From: Candidatus Bathyarchaeota archaeon BA2
Lineage (GTDB): Archaea > Thermoproteota > Bathyarchaeia > Bathyarchaeales > Bathyarchaeaceae
Assembly (NCBI GenBank): GCA_001399795.1
Contig: LIHK01000056.1
Location: 5,773-69,772, forward strand
Direction of reading: 5' to 3'
DNA: 64,000 bases
Positions 55,245-64,000 of this stretch are shown one piece after another. Every line of letters starts with the position of its first letter. Position 1 is the stretch's first letter. The notes under the pieces were generated by a model. The model saw only the letters and a program-made list of their open reading frames with translations, was not told where the DNA came from and made no database searches. The translations under genes and the position numbers were made by a program.

Positions 55245-56606
55245 ATGGCGAAACAAAAAACTTTTCTTACCTTTTATGGTGGAGTAAACGAAATCGGCGG
55301 AAACAAGGTTCTTTTGGAAGACAAAAAAGTCAGAATCTTTCTGGATTTTGGGCAGTCTTTCACCATGAGCGCAGAATATTTCACGGGTTGGCTTGAACCC
55401 AGACCCATAAACGGTTTGGGAGACTATTTTGAGTTCAATCTACTGCCAAAGATAAAAGGAGTATACGGTAAAGAGCAACTGGCGTTTACCGATGTTCCTT
55501 ACACAAAACCGAAAATTGATGCTGTATTCCTGTCTCACGCTCACGTCGATCACATGGGGCACATCTTATTTCTTGACGAAAAAATTCCCGTACACTGTGG
55601 TTACGGAACAAAGATGTTCATTGAGTCAATGGAGAAAACAGGCTCAGTTAATTTTGGAGAACACCAGTACAACTCGTTCAGAACAGGGCGCAAAATAAAA
55701 ATTGGGCACCTGGTGGTAGAGCCCATTCACGTGGATCATTCTATCTCTGCCTCCTACGGCTTCATTATCCACACATCCGAAGGACCAGTCGTGTATACTG
55801 GAGACCTTAGGGCGCATGGTCCTCGGAAAGAGATGACGAAAGAATTTGCGGAAAAAGCACAGGAATCTGAGCCCATAGCCTTAATAAGTGAAGGAACTAG
55901 GATGGTTGAGACGGAACAGAAAAAGAGCTATTCCGAATTAGAAGTAGAGAAACTAAGTAACGAGATTGTTTCTGAAACCAAAAAGATTGTGTTTGTTACC
56001 CATTATGGGCGAGATACAGATAGGTTCAGAACATTCTACAACGTAGCCAAAAACAACAACAGAAAAATTGTCATATCTCCGAAAACAGCTCATTTACTAA
56101 GCAAGCTTGTAGAGGATAAGCGCCTTCACCTTCCAGACCCCATGAAAGACGAGAACATCCTAGTTTACTACAAGAGGAAAAAAACTGGGGGTTTCCTAGA
56201 GACGGACTACTACGTCTGGGAACGGAAGTTCATGGAAAAAATGGTGAATTACAAGTTTGTTCATGAGCATCAAAGCGAGTTGGTTATGAACTTGGATTTT
56301 TATCAGTTCGCGGAGCTCATTGATATAAAGCCTGATCCCGGTAGTCACTTCATCTACAGCATGAGCGAACCTTACAGTGAAGAAGACATCGAAGACGAAG
56401 TCATGCACAATTGGCTGAACCACTTCAAAATCAAGTTTCATCAACTCCACGCTTCCGGTCACATGAACAGAAGCCAACTAACAGGTCTCATTAACTACAT
56501 TAAACCGAAACAGATTTTCCCGATACACGTGGAAAACCCAAAACTGTTCAAAGCAATAAGCAAAACTGTTCAGTTAGTAAAATACGGAAAAAAGTATAGA
56601 GTTTAG
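55245..56606 (+). CDS. MBL-fold beta-CASP family nuclease (RNase J-like)
   Basis: FYGGVNEIGGNKVLLE, SHAHVDHMGH, DHSI, TGDLR and HASGH motifs. Start taken at ATG 55245, after GAGG; the track ORF opens at 55167 inside the upstream gene. Confidence 0.75.
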   Translation: MAKQKTFLTFYGGVNEIGGNKVLLEDKKVRIFLDFGQSFTMSAEYFTGWLEPRPINGLGDYFEFNLLPKIKGVYGKEQLAFTDVPYTKPKIDAVFLSHAHVDHMGHILFLDEKIPVHCGYGTKMFIESMEKTGSVNFGEHQYNSFRTGRKIKIGHLVVEPIHVDHSISASYGFIIHTSEGPVVYTGDLRAHGPRKEMTKEFAEKAQESEPIALISEGTRMVETEQKKSYSELEVEKLSNEIVSETKKIVFVTHYGRDTDRFRTFYNVAKNNNRKIVISPKTAHLLSKLVEDKRLHLPDPMKDENILVYYKRKKTGGFLETDYYVWERKFMEKMVNYKFVHEHQSELVMNLDFYQFAELIDIKPDPGSHFIYSMSEPYSEEDIEDEVMHNWLNHFKIKFHQLHASGHMNRSQLTGLINYIKPKQIFPIHVENPKLFKAISKTVQLVKYGKKYRV

Positions 56607-56747
56607 AGACAACACATGCGTGGCAACTACTCCGCGATCTTGATAGACTGAAACAAAAAGGATTGCAGAGGATAACTCTAACTGCGCGAGGGTTCAAACA
56701 GGGGTTGTAACCCAACACAAATCAGGGGAGACTGTGGATGAAAACCA

Positions 56748-57218
56748 CTAGATTAACATGAAGGATTCGGCTTTCTTAAGTTTTCCTGTCATTGTATCTG
56801 GCATTAGGTTCAGCAGCTCTAGGGTTGTTAAACCAATTATTCCCCAGTCACTCAACTGCTTTGACCTTAACATTTCTTTGACTTCTTCTGGAATCCTTAG
56901 GACGAGTAAATGGGCATAAGGTAATTCTTCTCCTTCAACAATAAGTTTGTTGATGACCGCTAACTCACCATCCATTTTATGTCCTGAAGCGGTCATGAGT
57001 GTCAGCGTACGTTTAACATGGGTAACACCGACCTTATCAACCACTTCTTTATCGACTATAGTCACGGAGGCTCCAGTATCAACAAGTATAATGCCCTCTG
57101 AATATTCCTTTGATCCCTCCAACCTTAATCTAGCTTTAACGATGGTCAATGAAGACCCCGTGACTATAATTCCTAAGCACTCTAATAAGTTATCCCCTCC
57201 TATCGACCCCCTAATCAT
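56748..57218 (-). CDS. Retropepsin-like (clan AA) aspartic protease
   Basis: ILVDTGASVTIV active-site motif. 156 aa. Confidence 0.65.
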   Translation of the reverse strand: MIRGSIGGDNLLECLGIIVTGSSLTIVKARLRLEGSKEYSEGIILVDTGASVTIVDKEVVDKVGVTHVKRTLTLMTASGHKMDGELAVINKLIVEGEELPYAHLLVLRIPEEVKEMLRSKQLSDWGIIGLTTLELLNLMPDTMTGKLKKAESFMLI

Positions 57219-57620
57219 GTCCTTTCCATTGTGGCATTTGTTATACTTTCATTCTTTTCAGCTCTTTAAATTTTATTTGCGAGGGTTCAAAATGAGGTGC
57301 AGATTTTAGACATAGTCTGAGCTTATTTCAGCTAGAGAAACCCAATTAGAATGCCGGGTTAGTTTAATATCGGTTTAAAACCTATTCTGGCACTAGAATC
57401 ATACCGCTTGCGCGCTAATGAGAGGTTATCCATGGATACGATGGGTGTGTAATCGCAATCCTAGCGTCATCATAAGTTGTAGTTCGAATTGCAATTTCAC
57501 GGATTTATACCGCACCATGTTCTTACGCCCATTTAGATCATTTTTGGGGAAAGGCTTGGTCAGAGAGTGCTGAGATTTTGGCTTGCGGTAAATTTATATG
57601 TGTTTTATGATGTATGACGT

Positions 57621-57848
57621 GTGGTGATTATTGTGAGCGATAAAAGAGCCAGGACGACGCTCATACTGGAGGAGACCGTGATTAAGAAGCTAAAACAAAA
57701 GTCACGAGGGAACATCTCAGAGCTAGCCAATAGAATACTTAAGGAAGCCCTCTTTGGTAAAGGCGAAAGCATGTTTGGCGAATTAAAGGGATTGGTGTCA
57801 ACGAAGGACGTCGTTGAGGAAGAAACTCATGAGGAGTTATATCGTTGA
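57621..57848 (+). CDS. vapB: VapB-like antitoxin
   Basis: 75 aa. An N-terminal beta-strand/helix pattern TTLILEETVIKKLK. It overlaps the PIN gene. Confidence 0.6.
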   Translation: MVIIVSDKRARTTLILEETVIKKLKQKSRGNISELANRILKEALFGKGESMFGELKGLVSTKDVVEEETHEELYR

Positions 57849-58209
57849 CACATACGCTTGGGTATCATACTTTGAGGGAAAGAAAGAATTCAAAGAAGCC
57901 ATAGAAGAAAACGAGCTTTACACCCCTTCAATAGTCCTAGCGGAGTTCAGCAGGATTCTAGTTAGAAAACGCATTCCGCAAGATAAGCGCTCTAAGACTC
58001 TTGGCTTCGTAAGGAAGCGCAGTCTCATCTTAAGCTTAGATGAGACCAACGCTGTTAAAGCTGGGGAAATAGCAGAGAAGGAGGGGCTACATCTAATCGA
58101 TGGCATCATATACTCCTACGTAGATGAAGACGTTTGGCTCCTCACAGGCGATAAGCACTTTATGAACAAACCTTTCGTTAACCTCATTGAAGGAAGCAAT
58201 GCCACATAG
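57829..58209 (+). CDS. vapC: PIN-domain toxin VapC
   Basis: YIVDTYAW (first acidic residue), ...EFSR..., and a C-terminal TGDKHF. Start taken at ATG 57829 (MRSYIVD). Confidence 0.75.
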   Translation: MRSYIVDTYAWVSYFEGKKEFKEAIEENELYTPSIVLAEFSRILVRKRIPQDKRSKTLGFVRKRSLILSLDETNAVKAGEIAEKEGLHLIDGIIYSYVDEDVWLLTGDKHFMNKPFVNLIEGSNAT

Positions 58210-58287
58210 TTTCTATGATGAACTTGTTTTAGGAAAATAAATGATGATTTAATCGAGATATTTCGCGGATAAACTAGGTCTCATAGA

Positions 58288-58320
58288 GTAGGGTTCATGG
58301 GTTCGAATCCCACCCTTACT
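58288..58320 (+). other. Orphan tRNA 3'-half-like fragment (T-arm plus acceptor strand)
   Basis: ATGGG-TTCGAAT-CCCAC followed by CCTTACT. No matching D-arm, anticodon arm or 5' acceptor strand lies upstream. Confidence 0.4.
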
Positions 58321-58537
58321 TCAGAATGACCACTTGCAAAATATGTGGAATTTAAACGTAGTTTTAAATGTAACCCACACATTATTTGAGAACGTTTTAA
58401 TGTTCAATTAAGAGTTCCCTTCAAGAGAGATGCATGCGCACTGTCCAGTGTTTCGAGTGCTTTCTGAAGATGCGAACTACACTTGCAAGTTCTTTCTTTC
58501 CACTTGGGTCGCAACGATTTGACATAAAAATATACTT

Positions 58538-60178
58538 TCACAAGAGCTTGCTAAATGTTTGGAGCTCGCTTTCCGAAATCCATTTCTCTTCCTTTAATTC
58601 TTCCAACCCCTTTTTGACGAGTTCTCGTGACCCTTTTGTTCGCAAAATGCTGACTTGGATTCCAGCGTCGCTTATCTCTTTTTCGAACACCGGGTTTTCT
58701 TGGATCAGGGCAACGAGTTGACTAAGGAAAGTTGTTACGGCTTTTGAACGAGGCTGAAGAAAGGATTTCATTTTTGTTGCTCTGAAGACGCCCTTCAATT
58801 TTGTTAGGATTCCTATGCTGCCTACGACGGACGGTGGGTACACAATGTATCTTTTCTTCTGCTCCGTTTCGTAGCAGGCAATGTAGAGAGGTAGGTAAAC
58901 CAGCGCGTATTTCCTTCGGGTCTCAGGTGCACCAATCTCGTCGAGTTCCTTCAATGCCGCCTTTTTCAACTTCATCATTTCATTCATTTGGTCTATAATA
59001 TGGGGGGTCGTATCCTCCAGCGACTTAATTTCTTGCTGTTTCATTCTGATTCTGGCTTCACGGGAAGCCTCAAGTTCCCTAAGGTCTCTCATGGCTTCCT
59101 CAACCTTTGCGTCATAGTTTAACCTTAGGTTGGATATATCAAGCTTCTTTGCGGTTTCTGCGTCCTCTATTTTTTTATTCATGTCCCGGATGCTTTTCTG
59201 TAAAGTCTGAAGCTCTTTCTTGCTTATTTTAAGCTTCTGTCTCCATGTGAGTTCTCCGCCCTCGTCTTTACGAAGCCTACAAGATTTTATTCCAGCTTCG
59301 TAACGGTCGATTTCAGCGTTTAAACGTTCGTGTTTTTTCTCAAGCTTGACGCTGTCTTTGTGAAGACGCCGGAGTTGCAGCTCAAATTTCTTGGAAGCCC
59401 TCGTGATTTCTACATCGCATCTCCTTTGAATCTCATGTACGCTCTCCATAACCTTAGGCCTAACCTTCTCAATTTCTTCGTCAAATTTCTTTTCAATTTC
59501 TCTGATTTCTTCATGAATGATTCTCACTTGTTGTTTGGTTGTGGTGCTCAGCAGATTCATACTTTTACCTAAGCTGTCGATTTCTTCTCTTAATTTGGCT
59601 CTAAAATTTGAGAGTTCTTCGATAATGGTTGAAATCGCTGACTCGTCCATGGTAGAAGACAAAAACGCCATGTTAGCCACAGGTTTTTCAATTTTCTCTG
59701 CTTCTGGAAGATAGGAGACAAGGTCTCGTATGAAATCGGGATTTGCGATGAGGCTCTCTATGGTTTTTTCCTCTTTGCCAGCGAAACTTTGAAAGTAATC
59801 GGCATTGTTGGAAAGAGCTGCGGAATAGGCTTCGCGTGTCTCTGCGCTTCGTTGTATATCGTTGTCAAATGCATTGATGTCAGGAAGTACGTCATAAGAT
59901 AAAGTGTGCGATGTGGCGTTAAGCCCGTCAAGGGTTAGGGTCCTTCCATTCCATGGAACCAACCATACGGGATAACAAGCCTCTGCAATGAAAATCAATT
60001 CCTCAGCTGTTTTTTTCAAGATGCGGCCCCCGCCCTTTCCCCTCTCTGCCTCGGCTAAGTAGAAAACAGCTGCCATTTCCATGTCCCTTGTAAACGCTTT
60101 GCTTCGATCCTCAGCAGGAATAGCGAAGGGGAGAAAAAGCTTAGTCGTTTGTTGGGACATGTTCTTCACCATTTTCAA
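58538..60178 (-). CDS. Large coiled-coil protein of unknown function (546 aa)
   Basis: Long uninterrupted ORF with a globular N-terminal ~200 aa, a ~200-aa heptad-rich charged middle, and a globular C-terminus (YLPLYIACYE...). Confidence 0.7.
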   Translation of the reverse strand: MKMVKNMSQQTTKLFLPFAIPAEDRSKAFTRDMEMAAVFYLAEAERGKGGGRILKKTAEELIFIAEACYPVWLVPWNGRTLTLDGLNATSHTLSYDVLPDINAFDNDIQRSAETREAYSAALSNNADYFQSFAGKEEKTIESLIANPDFIRDLVSYLPEAEKIEKPVANMAFLSSTMDESAISTIIEELSNFRAKLREEIDSLGKSMNLLSTTTKQQVRIIHEEIREIEKKFDEEIEKVRPKVMESVHEIQRRCDVEITRASKKFELQLRRLHKDSVKLEKKHERLNAEIDRYEAGIKSCRLRKDEGGELTWRQKLKISKKELQTLQKSIRDMNKKIEDAETAKKLDISNLRLNYDAKVEEAMRDLRELEASREARIRMKQQEIKSLEDTTPHIIDQMNEMMKLKKAALKELDEIGAPETRRKYALVYLPLYIACYETEQKKRYIVYPPSVVGSIGILTKLKGVFRATKMKSFLQPRSKAVTTFLSQLVALIQENPVFEKEISDAGIQVSILRTKGSRELVKKGLEELKEEKWISESELQTFSKLL

Positions 60179-60322
60179 ATTTCATCCAATAATATGAAAT
60201 CTGCTAATTTAAATGACTTGCGAATGCTTCTGAACGGGGATGAAAAAATTCAGGTATGGTCATGTTCAGAATAAATATAGTAGTGTACCAAGTATAATAG
60301 CTCTGTAGAAAAACTAAACGCT

Positions 60323-61117
60323 ATGATGGAAGGTTTCGCTTTGCCTCAACCTATTCGTGAAGGAGAAGATATCCTTCTCTACTTGGACAGTAAAAGAACT
60401 TATCTGGTTAGGGTGGAAAAGGGGAAAAGTTTCCATACTCACAAGGGTTTTGTTCAACTAGACGACTTGGTTGGAAAGGAGTATGGAACTCGAATAATTA
60501 GTAGCATGGGAGTAGAGTTTGTAGCTTTAAAACCCACCCTCCGAGACTACGTTTTCAAGATGCAGAGAAAAACACAGATATCCTATCCCAAAGACATGGC
60601 CCTCATCCTAATGTTCAGTGGAGTTGGCCCAGGAAGTCGCGTTGTTGAGGCGGGCACGGGAACAGGCGCCCTAACCAGCGCCCTAGCCTTCTATGTCAAA
60701 CCCGCTGGGAGGATTTACAGTTACGAGATTCGGCGAGAATTCGTGGACTCTGCGCTGAAAAACTTGAAGAGGGTTGGGTTGTCAGAGTATGTGGACCTCA
60801 AAAATAAGGACGTAACAGAGGGAGTTGATGAAAAGGACTTGGACGCGGTCGTTTTGGACATGGCAACTCCTTGGCTGGTTGTTCCTCACGCCTATTCAGC
60901 CTTGAAAGGAAGCGGCGTTCTGGTCTCCTTCAGCCCCACCATAGACCAGGTAGTAAAAACAGTAGAGGCCTTGAAGGAGAAAGGATTCGTAGACATTGAA
61001 ACCATTGAGTGCCTTGTGCGGAGAATGCAGGTTGAGAGGGGGAAAACCAGACCCCAAACCCTGATGACTGGGCACACGGGCTACATAACGTTTGCCCGTA
61101 AAGCTCTTGAACAATAA
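60323..61117 (+). CDS. trmI: tRNA (adenine-N1)-methyltransferase TrmI
   Basis: N-terminal beta domain (GEDILLYLDSKRTYLV), the SAM motif VVEAGTGTGALTSALA, and DAVVLDMATPW. Confidence 0.85.
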   Translation: MMEGFALPQPIREGEDILLYLDSKRTYLVRVEKGKSFHTHKGFVQLDDLVGKEYGTRIISSMGVEFVALKPTLRDYVFKMQRKTQISYPKDMALILMFSGVGPGSRVVEAGTGTGALTSALAFYVKPAGRIYSYEIRREFVDSALKNLKRVGLSEYVDLKNKDVTEGVDEKDLDAVVLDMATPWLVVPHAYSALKGSGVLVSFSPTIDQVVKTVEALKEKGFVDIETIECLVRRMQVERGKTRPQTLMTGHTGYITFARKALEQ

Positions 61118-61489
61118 ACTTCTCCTTGCGATAAAACTCTTAAATCAAAAAGCACGTAGCCTAAAACGATGAAAGTGGCTAGGGGGTGAGGTATTTTAGT
61201 TCAAAATGGAGCCATTTTCCGAAGTTCTAAGCCGAGTTTAGGTTTAAACCTATTTGATATGCAATGAATGAAAAGAATCTGGTTCGTTGCTGGGGGTCTC
61301 TTCTAACCTTATGAAGTGTTGAGATGTTTACGTTCGGTGAAATTGTTAGTCATTCATAAAGTGGGTTTTTGAAGGAACATATAGAAAATTCTTCTATCAA
61401 ATTTTATATACGATCTTGTGGTAGATATAAAGGTGAAGGGAGATTCCCAAATGATGAATATTTTTAATTTTCGGCTTGGAGGAAGGTGA

Positions 61490-62707
61490 GTGATGGAAAA
61501 GAAAATAGTATCGGGAATAGTAGTGGCACTGCTTTTAATAGGCATGTTAACGTTGGCGTTTAACATTCAATCAGTTAAGTCAGATTATACTTGGACTGAA
61601 ACTATTTATATTAGGGCTGATGGAAGTGTTTACCCGCCAGATGCGCCTATTTCTAGTGATGACAACATTACTTACACCTTAACAGACAACATTGTTGGAA
61701 ACGTCCCGTACAGAACCTCTGCGATTGTGGTGGAGAGGGATAATATTGTGGTTGACGGAGCCAACAACACGCTTCAATGTTCAATGCCACTTTTTCCCGG
61801 AACAGGAGTATACTTAGGTGAAAGAAGCAGCGTAACAGTAAAGAATATGAAAATTAAATCATTCTATTGTGGCATCGTTCTCAATTCCTCTTCTTACAGC
61901 ACCATTTCTGGAAACAGCATATTATCAAGCTACGTCTGTGGCATCCACCTCTCGAGTTCTTCTAACAACAAATTCTACCATAACAACTTCATAGACAACG
62001 ATCAGCAAGTGTACATAGAACCATCTAGCTATGCCAACGTTTGGGATGATGGTTACCCTCCTGGAGGAAACTACTGGAGCGACTACACAGGCGTTGATGA
62101 GAAAAGTGGTCCGAACCAGAATCAGCCTGGAAGCGACGGAATAGGCGACACTCCATACAAAATCAACGCAACCAAAACGGATGATGGAGACCGATATCCG
62201 CTTATGAATCCAGTGGTGTACGATGTGGCCGTTACCAGTGTTGTGCCTCAGAAGACGGTGGTAGGCCAAGGTTACGCCCTCAGGGTGAACGTAACCATTC
62301 TGAATCAAGGCAACTTCACACAAACCTTCGACGTCACACTTTATGCTAACACCACTTCAATTGCATCCCAAGAAATCACCCTAACAAGCGGAAAATCCAC
62401 AACCATCACCTTCACTTGGAATACAACAGACGTTCCATACGGCAACTACACCATAAGTGCCACAGCCGCCCCAGTCCCAGGCGAAACAGACACAACAGAC
62501 AACACCTATGTCGACGGCATAGTAGTCGTTAAGATTCTTGGCGATATTGATGGTGACGGCGATGTTGACGTAGACGACTTCTACGTATTCTCAAGGGCAT
62601 ATGGAACTAGTCCAGCAAGCAATCCAGGATGCGACTTAGACGGCGACGGCGACGTTGACAAAGACGACTTCTACATGTTCGCAGGAAACTACGGAAAAAG
62701 CATATAG
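61490..62707 (+). CDS. Secreted surface protein: right-handed beta-helix (NosD/PbH1-like) + CARDB-like domain + two dockerin-type Ca-binding repeats
   Basis: Signal/anchor helix IVSGIVVALLLIGMLTLAF. NNTL...GI.L..SS..TISGN repeats. VAVTSVVP...LNQGN (CARDB-like). DIDGDGDVDVDDF and DLDGDGDVDKDDF. Confidence 0.7.
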   Translation: MMEKKIVSGIVVALLLIGMLTLAFNIQSVKSDYTWTETIYIRADGSVYPPDAPISSDDNITYTLTDNIVGNVPYRTSAIVVERDNIVVDGANNTLQCSMPLFPGTGVYLGERSSVTVKNMKIKSFYCGIVLNSSSYSTISGNSILSSYVCGIHLSSSSNNKFYHNNFIDNDQQVYIEPSSYANVWDDGYPPGGNYWSDYTGVDEKSGPNQNQPGSDGIGDTPYKINATKTDDGDRYPLMNPVVYDVAVTSVVPQKTVVGQGYALRVNVTILNQGNFTQTFDVTLYANTTSIASQEITLTSGKSTTITFTWNTTDVPYGNYTISATAAPVPGETDTTDNTYVDGIVVVKILGDIDGDGDVDVDDFYVFSRAYGTSPASNPGCDLDGDGDVDKDDFYMFAGNYGKSI

Positions 62708-62744
62708 CCACAAACAGCGATTGTGACAGGGGTGCGAGGCTTAC

Positions 62745-62860
62745 AGATCCAAGCCGGGAGATCCCAACTGGGATGTGACCTGCGACATGAACCGAGCGGC
62801 ATCGTAGACGGCGCTGACCATACAATGGCCTGCGGAAACTACAGGAAAACATGCTGATCA
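62745..62860 (+). pseudogene. Frameshifted dockerin-like remnant downstream of the surface-protein gene
   Basis: GDPNWDVTCDMN in one frame, then SGIVDGADHTMACGNYRKTC* in another. Confidence 0.35.
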
Positions 62861-62964
62861 CGAGGGCGCGTTAGGGGACCGTTAAATGAGTTTGCAAGGA
62901 AGACGCTTGGGCTGTGATCATGGACTTCGAATTACTAATGTTGGCAGTCAATACGGTGGTTAGA

Positions 62965-63654
62965 TTACAAAATTAATGGATAGATTTCCTTCTCAACATA
63001 CTCCAAATACTTGTTCTTGTCAACTATGTTAAATATCGTGACAGAAGCGTCTCGTGTCACCCCAACAACGTATCCATGTTCCTTAGATTTAGCCACAATA
63101 TACCAGAGGTCACCGTGCTTACCATACTCCTCGAAAAGACTGGTGCCGATAAGGTCAGGTCCGTACAAAGAAAGCTTGTTCACGTTGGGAATGTCCACAT
63201 TGTCGAAAAACGTAATCTTCGTGTCCTCAGGATTCTTCAGGTGGAAGTCTCGAAGGGTTTCCGGAGGTATCCGCGCTTCTGTAATATGCCCAGCCCTTTC
63301 ATAAATTGTTTCGCTGAGGCGGTTGGCAATAAAATTGGCAAGCCTCTTCTTTTCAACCACCGTCAAGAAGGTTCGATCTTTGTGTTGGGCGAAACGGAAC
63401 ATTGCTTCGATGGTTCGGGGAAGGGGAACAGTCTTCCCCCTATGAAACACATGGGTCACGTAGTCGTGAGAGTAGACGCCAGTGAGGGCGTTCTCACGGG
63501 GCATAAGATGAACGATCTCCGTGACCAACATGAACTCGTAGTCGCTCTCCTCATAGGCTTCCTCTCTCCTGTAACCACCAAGTTTAGACGCTAGTTCAGG
63601 CAGAGGCGCAGGTTCAACAAGCTTAAAAACCTTCCCAGCCGTAACCATATCCAA
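62965..63654 (-). CDS. Hypothetical protein (229 aa)
   Basis: Long ORF. No motif recognised. Confidence 0.5.
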   Translation of the reverse strand: MDMVTAGKVFKLVEPAPLPELASKLGGYRREEAYEESDYEFMLVTEIVHLMPRENALTGVYSHDYVTHVFHRGKTVPLPRTIEAMFRFAQHKDRTFLTVVEKKRLANFIANRLSETIYERAGHITEARIPPETLRDFHLKNPEDTKITFFDNVDIPNVNKLSLYGPDLIGTSLFEEYGKHGDLWYIVAKSKEHGYVVGVTRDASVTIFNIVDKNKYLEYVEKEIYPLIL

Positions 63655-64000
63655 TTCTCACCAAACTTTGTTGTCTAATAGAGAGAAGTAGCTAATAATT
63701 TTAGTCTTATGTAGCTCAGAAAAAATAAACTAACCGCCCATACACCGCAACACGCGCGTACATGCTCTGCGGCTTCTAATGAAACAAAAACTTCGAACAT
63801 AGTACCATTCATATTGATTCTTAAGTTTTGAATTTGCCGTTCTAACTCATCTAGCTGTTTTGAATTAATGGCGTTCTAATCCGATTGCGAGTGCCAAAAA
63901 GAATATCCCTCACGCATGTGTGTATTCAAGTCATTTGACAGCGAACTTGCCGTCACGGAAGTTTTTCAAAATCTTATTTTCTATTGCACTATGAAAATCG

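Noticed and set aside
58231-58270. A C/D box sRNA (ATGATGA at about 58241). Similar C-box-like hits lie near 57606.
   Set aside because: No correctly spaced D/D' (CTGA) boxes or terminal stem could be found.
58230-58325. A complete tRNA gene.
   Set aside because: Only a T-arm and a 3' acceptor-like strand can be folded. No D-arm, anticodon stem-loop or complementary 5' acceptor strand lies upstream.

Overview
This window is an archaeal chromosomal segment. Gene content points to a TACK / Bathyarchaeia-like lineage: TBP, Nop5-fibrillarin, aCPSF1, proteasome beta, G1P dehydrogenase, a CdvA-like protein plus SepF, and Lhr and Hel308-like helicases. All calls rest on motif recognition in the supplied ORF translations and on reading the nucleotides by eye. 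No database search was possible.

The backbone is housekeeping:
- Information processing: tbp, lhr, a Ski2/Hel308-like helicase, ATP-dependent DNA ligase, aCPSF1, psmB, nop5-flpA, trmI.
- Pyrimidine synthesis: pyrE, pyrD, pyrK.
- Other metabolism: egsA, AOR, an HDAC-family enzyme, an FKBP PPIase, mtaD.

The segment is heavily decorated with four toxin-antitoxin (TA) pairs: DUF4258/YgiT, HEPN/MNT, RelBE-like and VapBC. It also carries several decayed genes: an IS6-like transposase, an alpha/beta hydrolase, an ABC ATPase and a polyprenyl-synthase paralogue.

The most interesting signal is structural. Two TA cassettes sit directly behind conserved genes (lhr and fibrillarin). Each is bracketed by a direct duplication of that gene's 3' end, 50 bp and 178 bp respectively. 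In the lhr case the copies differ only at synonymous sites. A diverged pyrE 5' fragment marks the far edge of a helicase-bearing tract in a similar way. No integrase is visible, so this may be an uncharacterised cassette-insertion route that regenerates gene ends.

Other notable points:
- The DNA ligase and a small ORF are both split exactly at an in-frame A_AAA_AAC heptamer that needs a -1 shift. This is either frameshifting or homopolymer undercalls.
- A YkgJ-type gene has an in-frame TGA just before its cysteine motif.
- A dispersed intergenic repeat family has a TATA-like core.
- A nucleotidyltransferase-like/kinase fusion gene is coupled to a beta-CASP nuclease gene.
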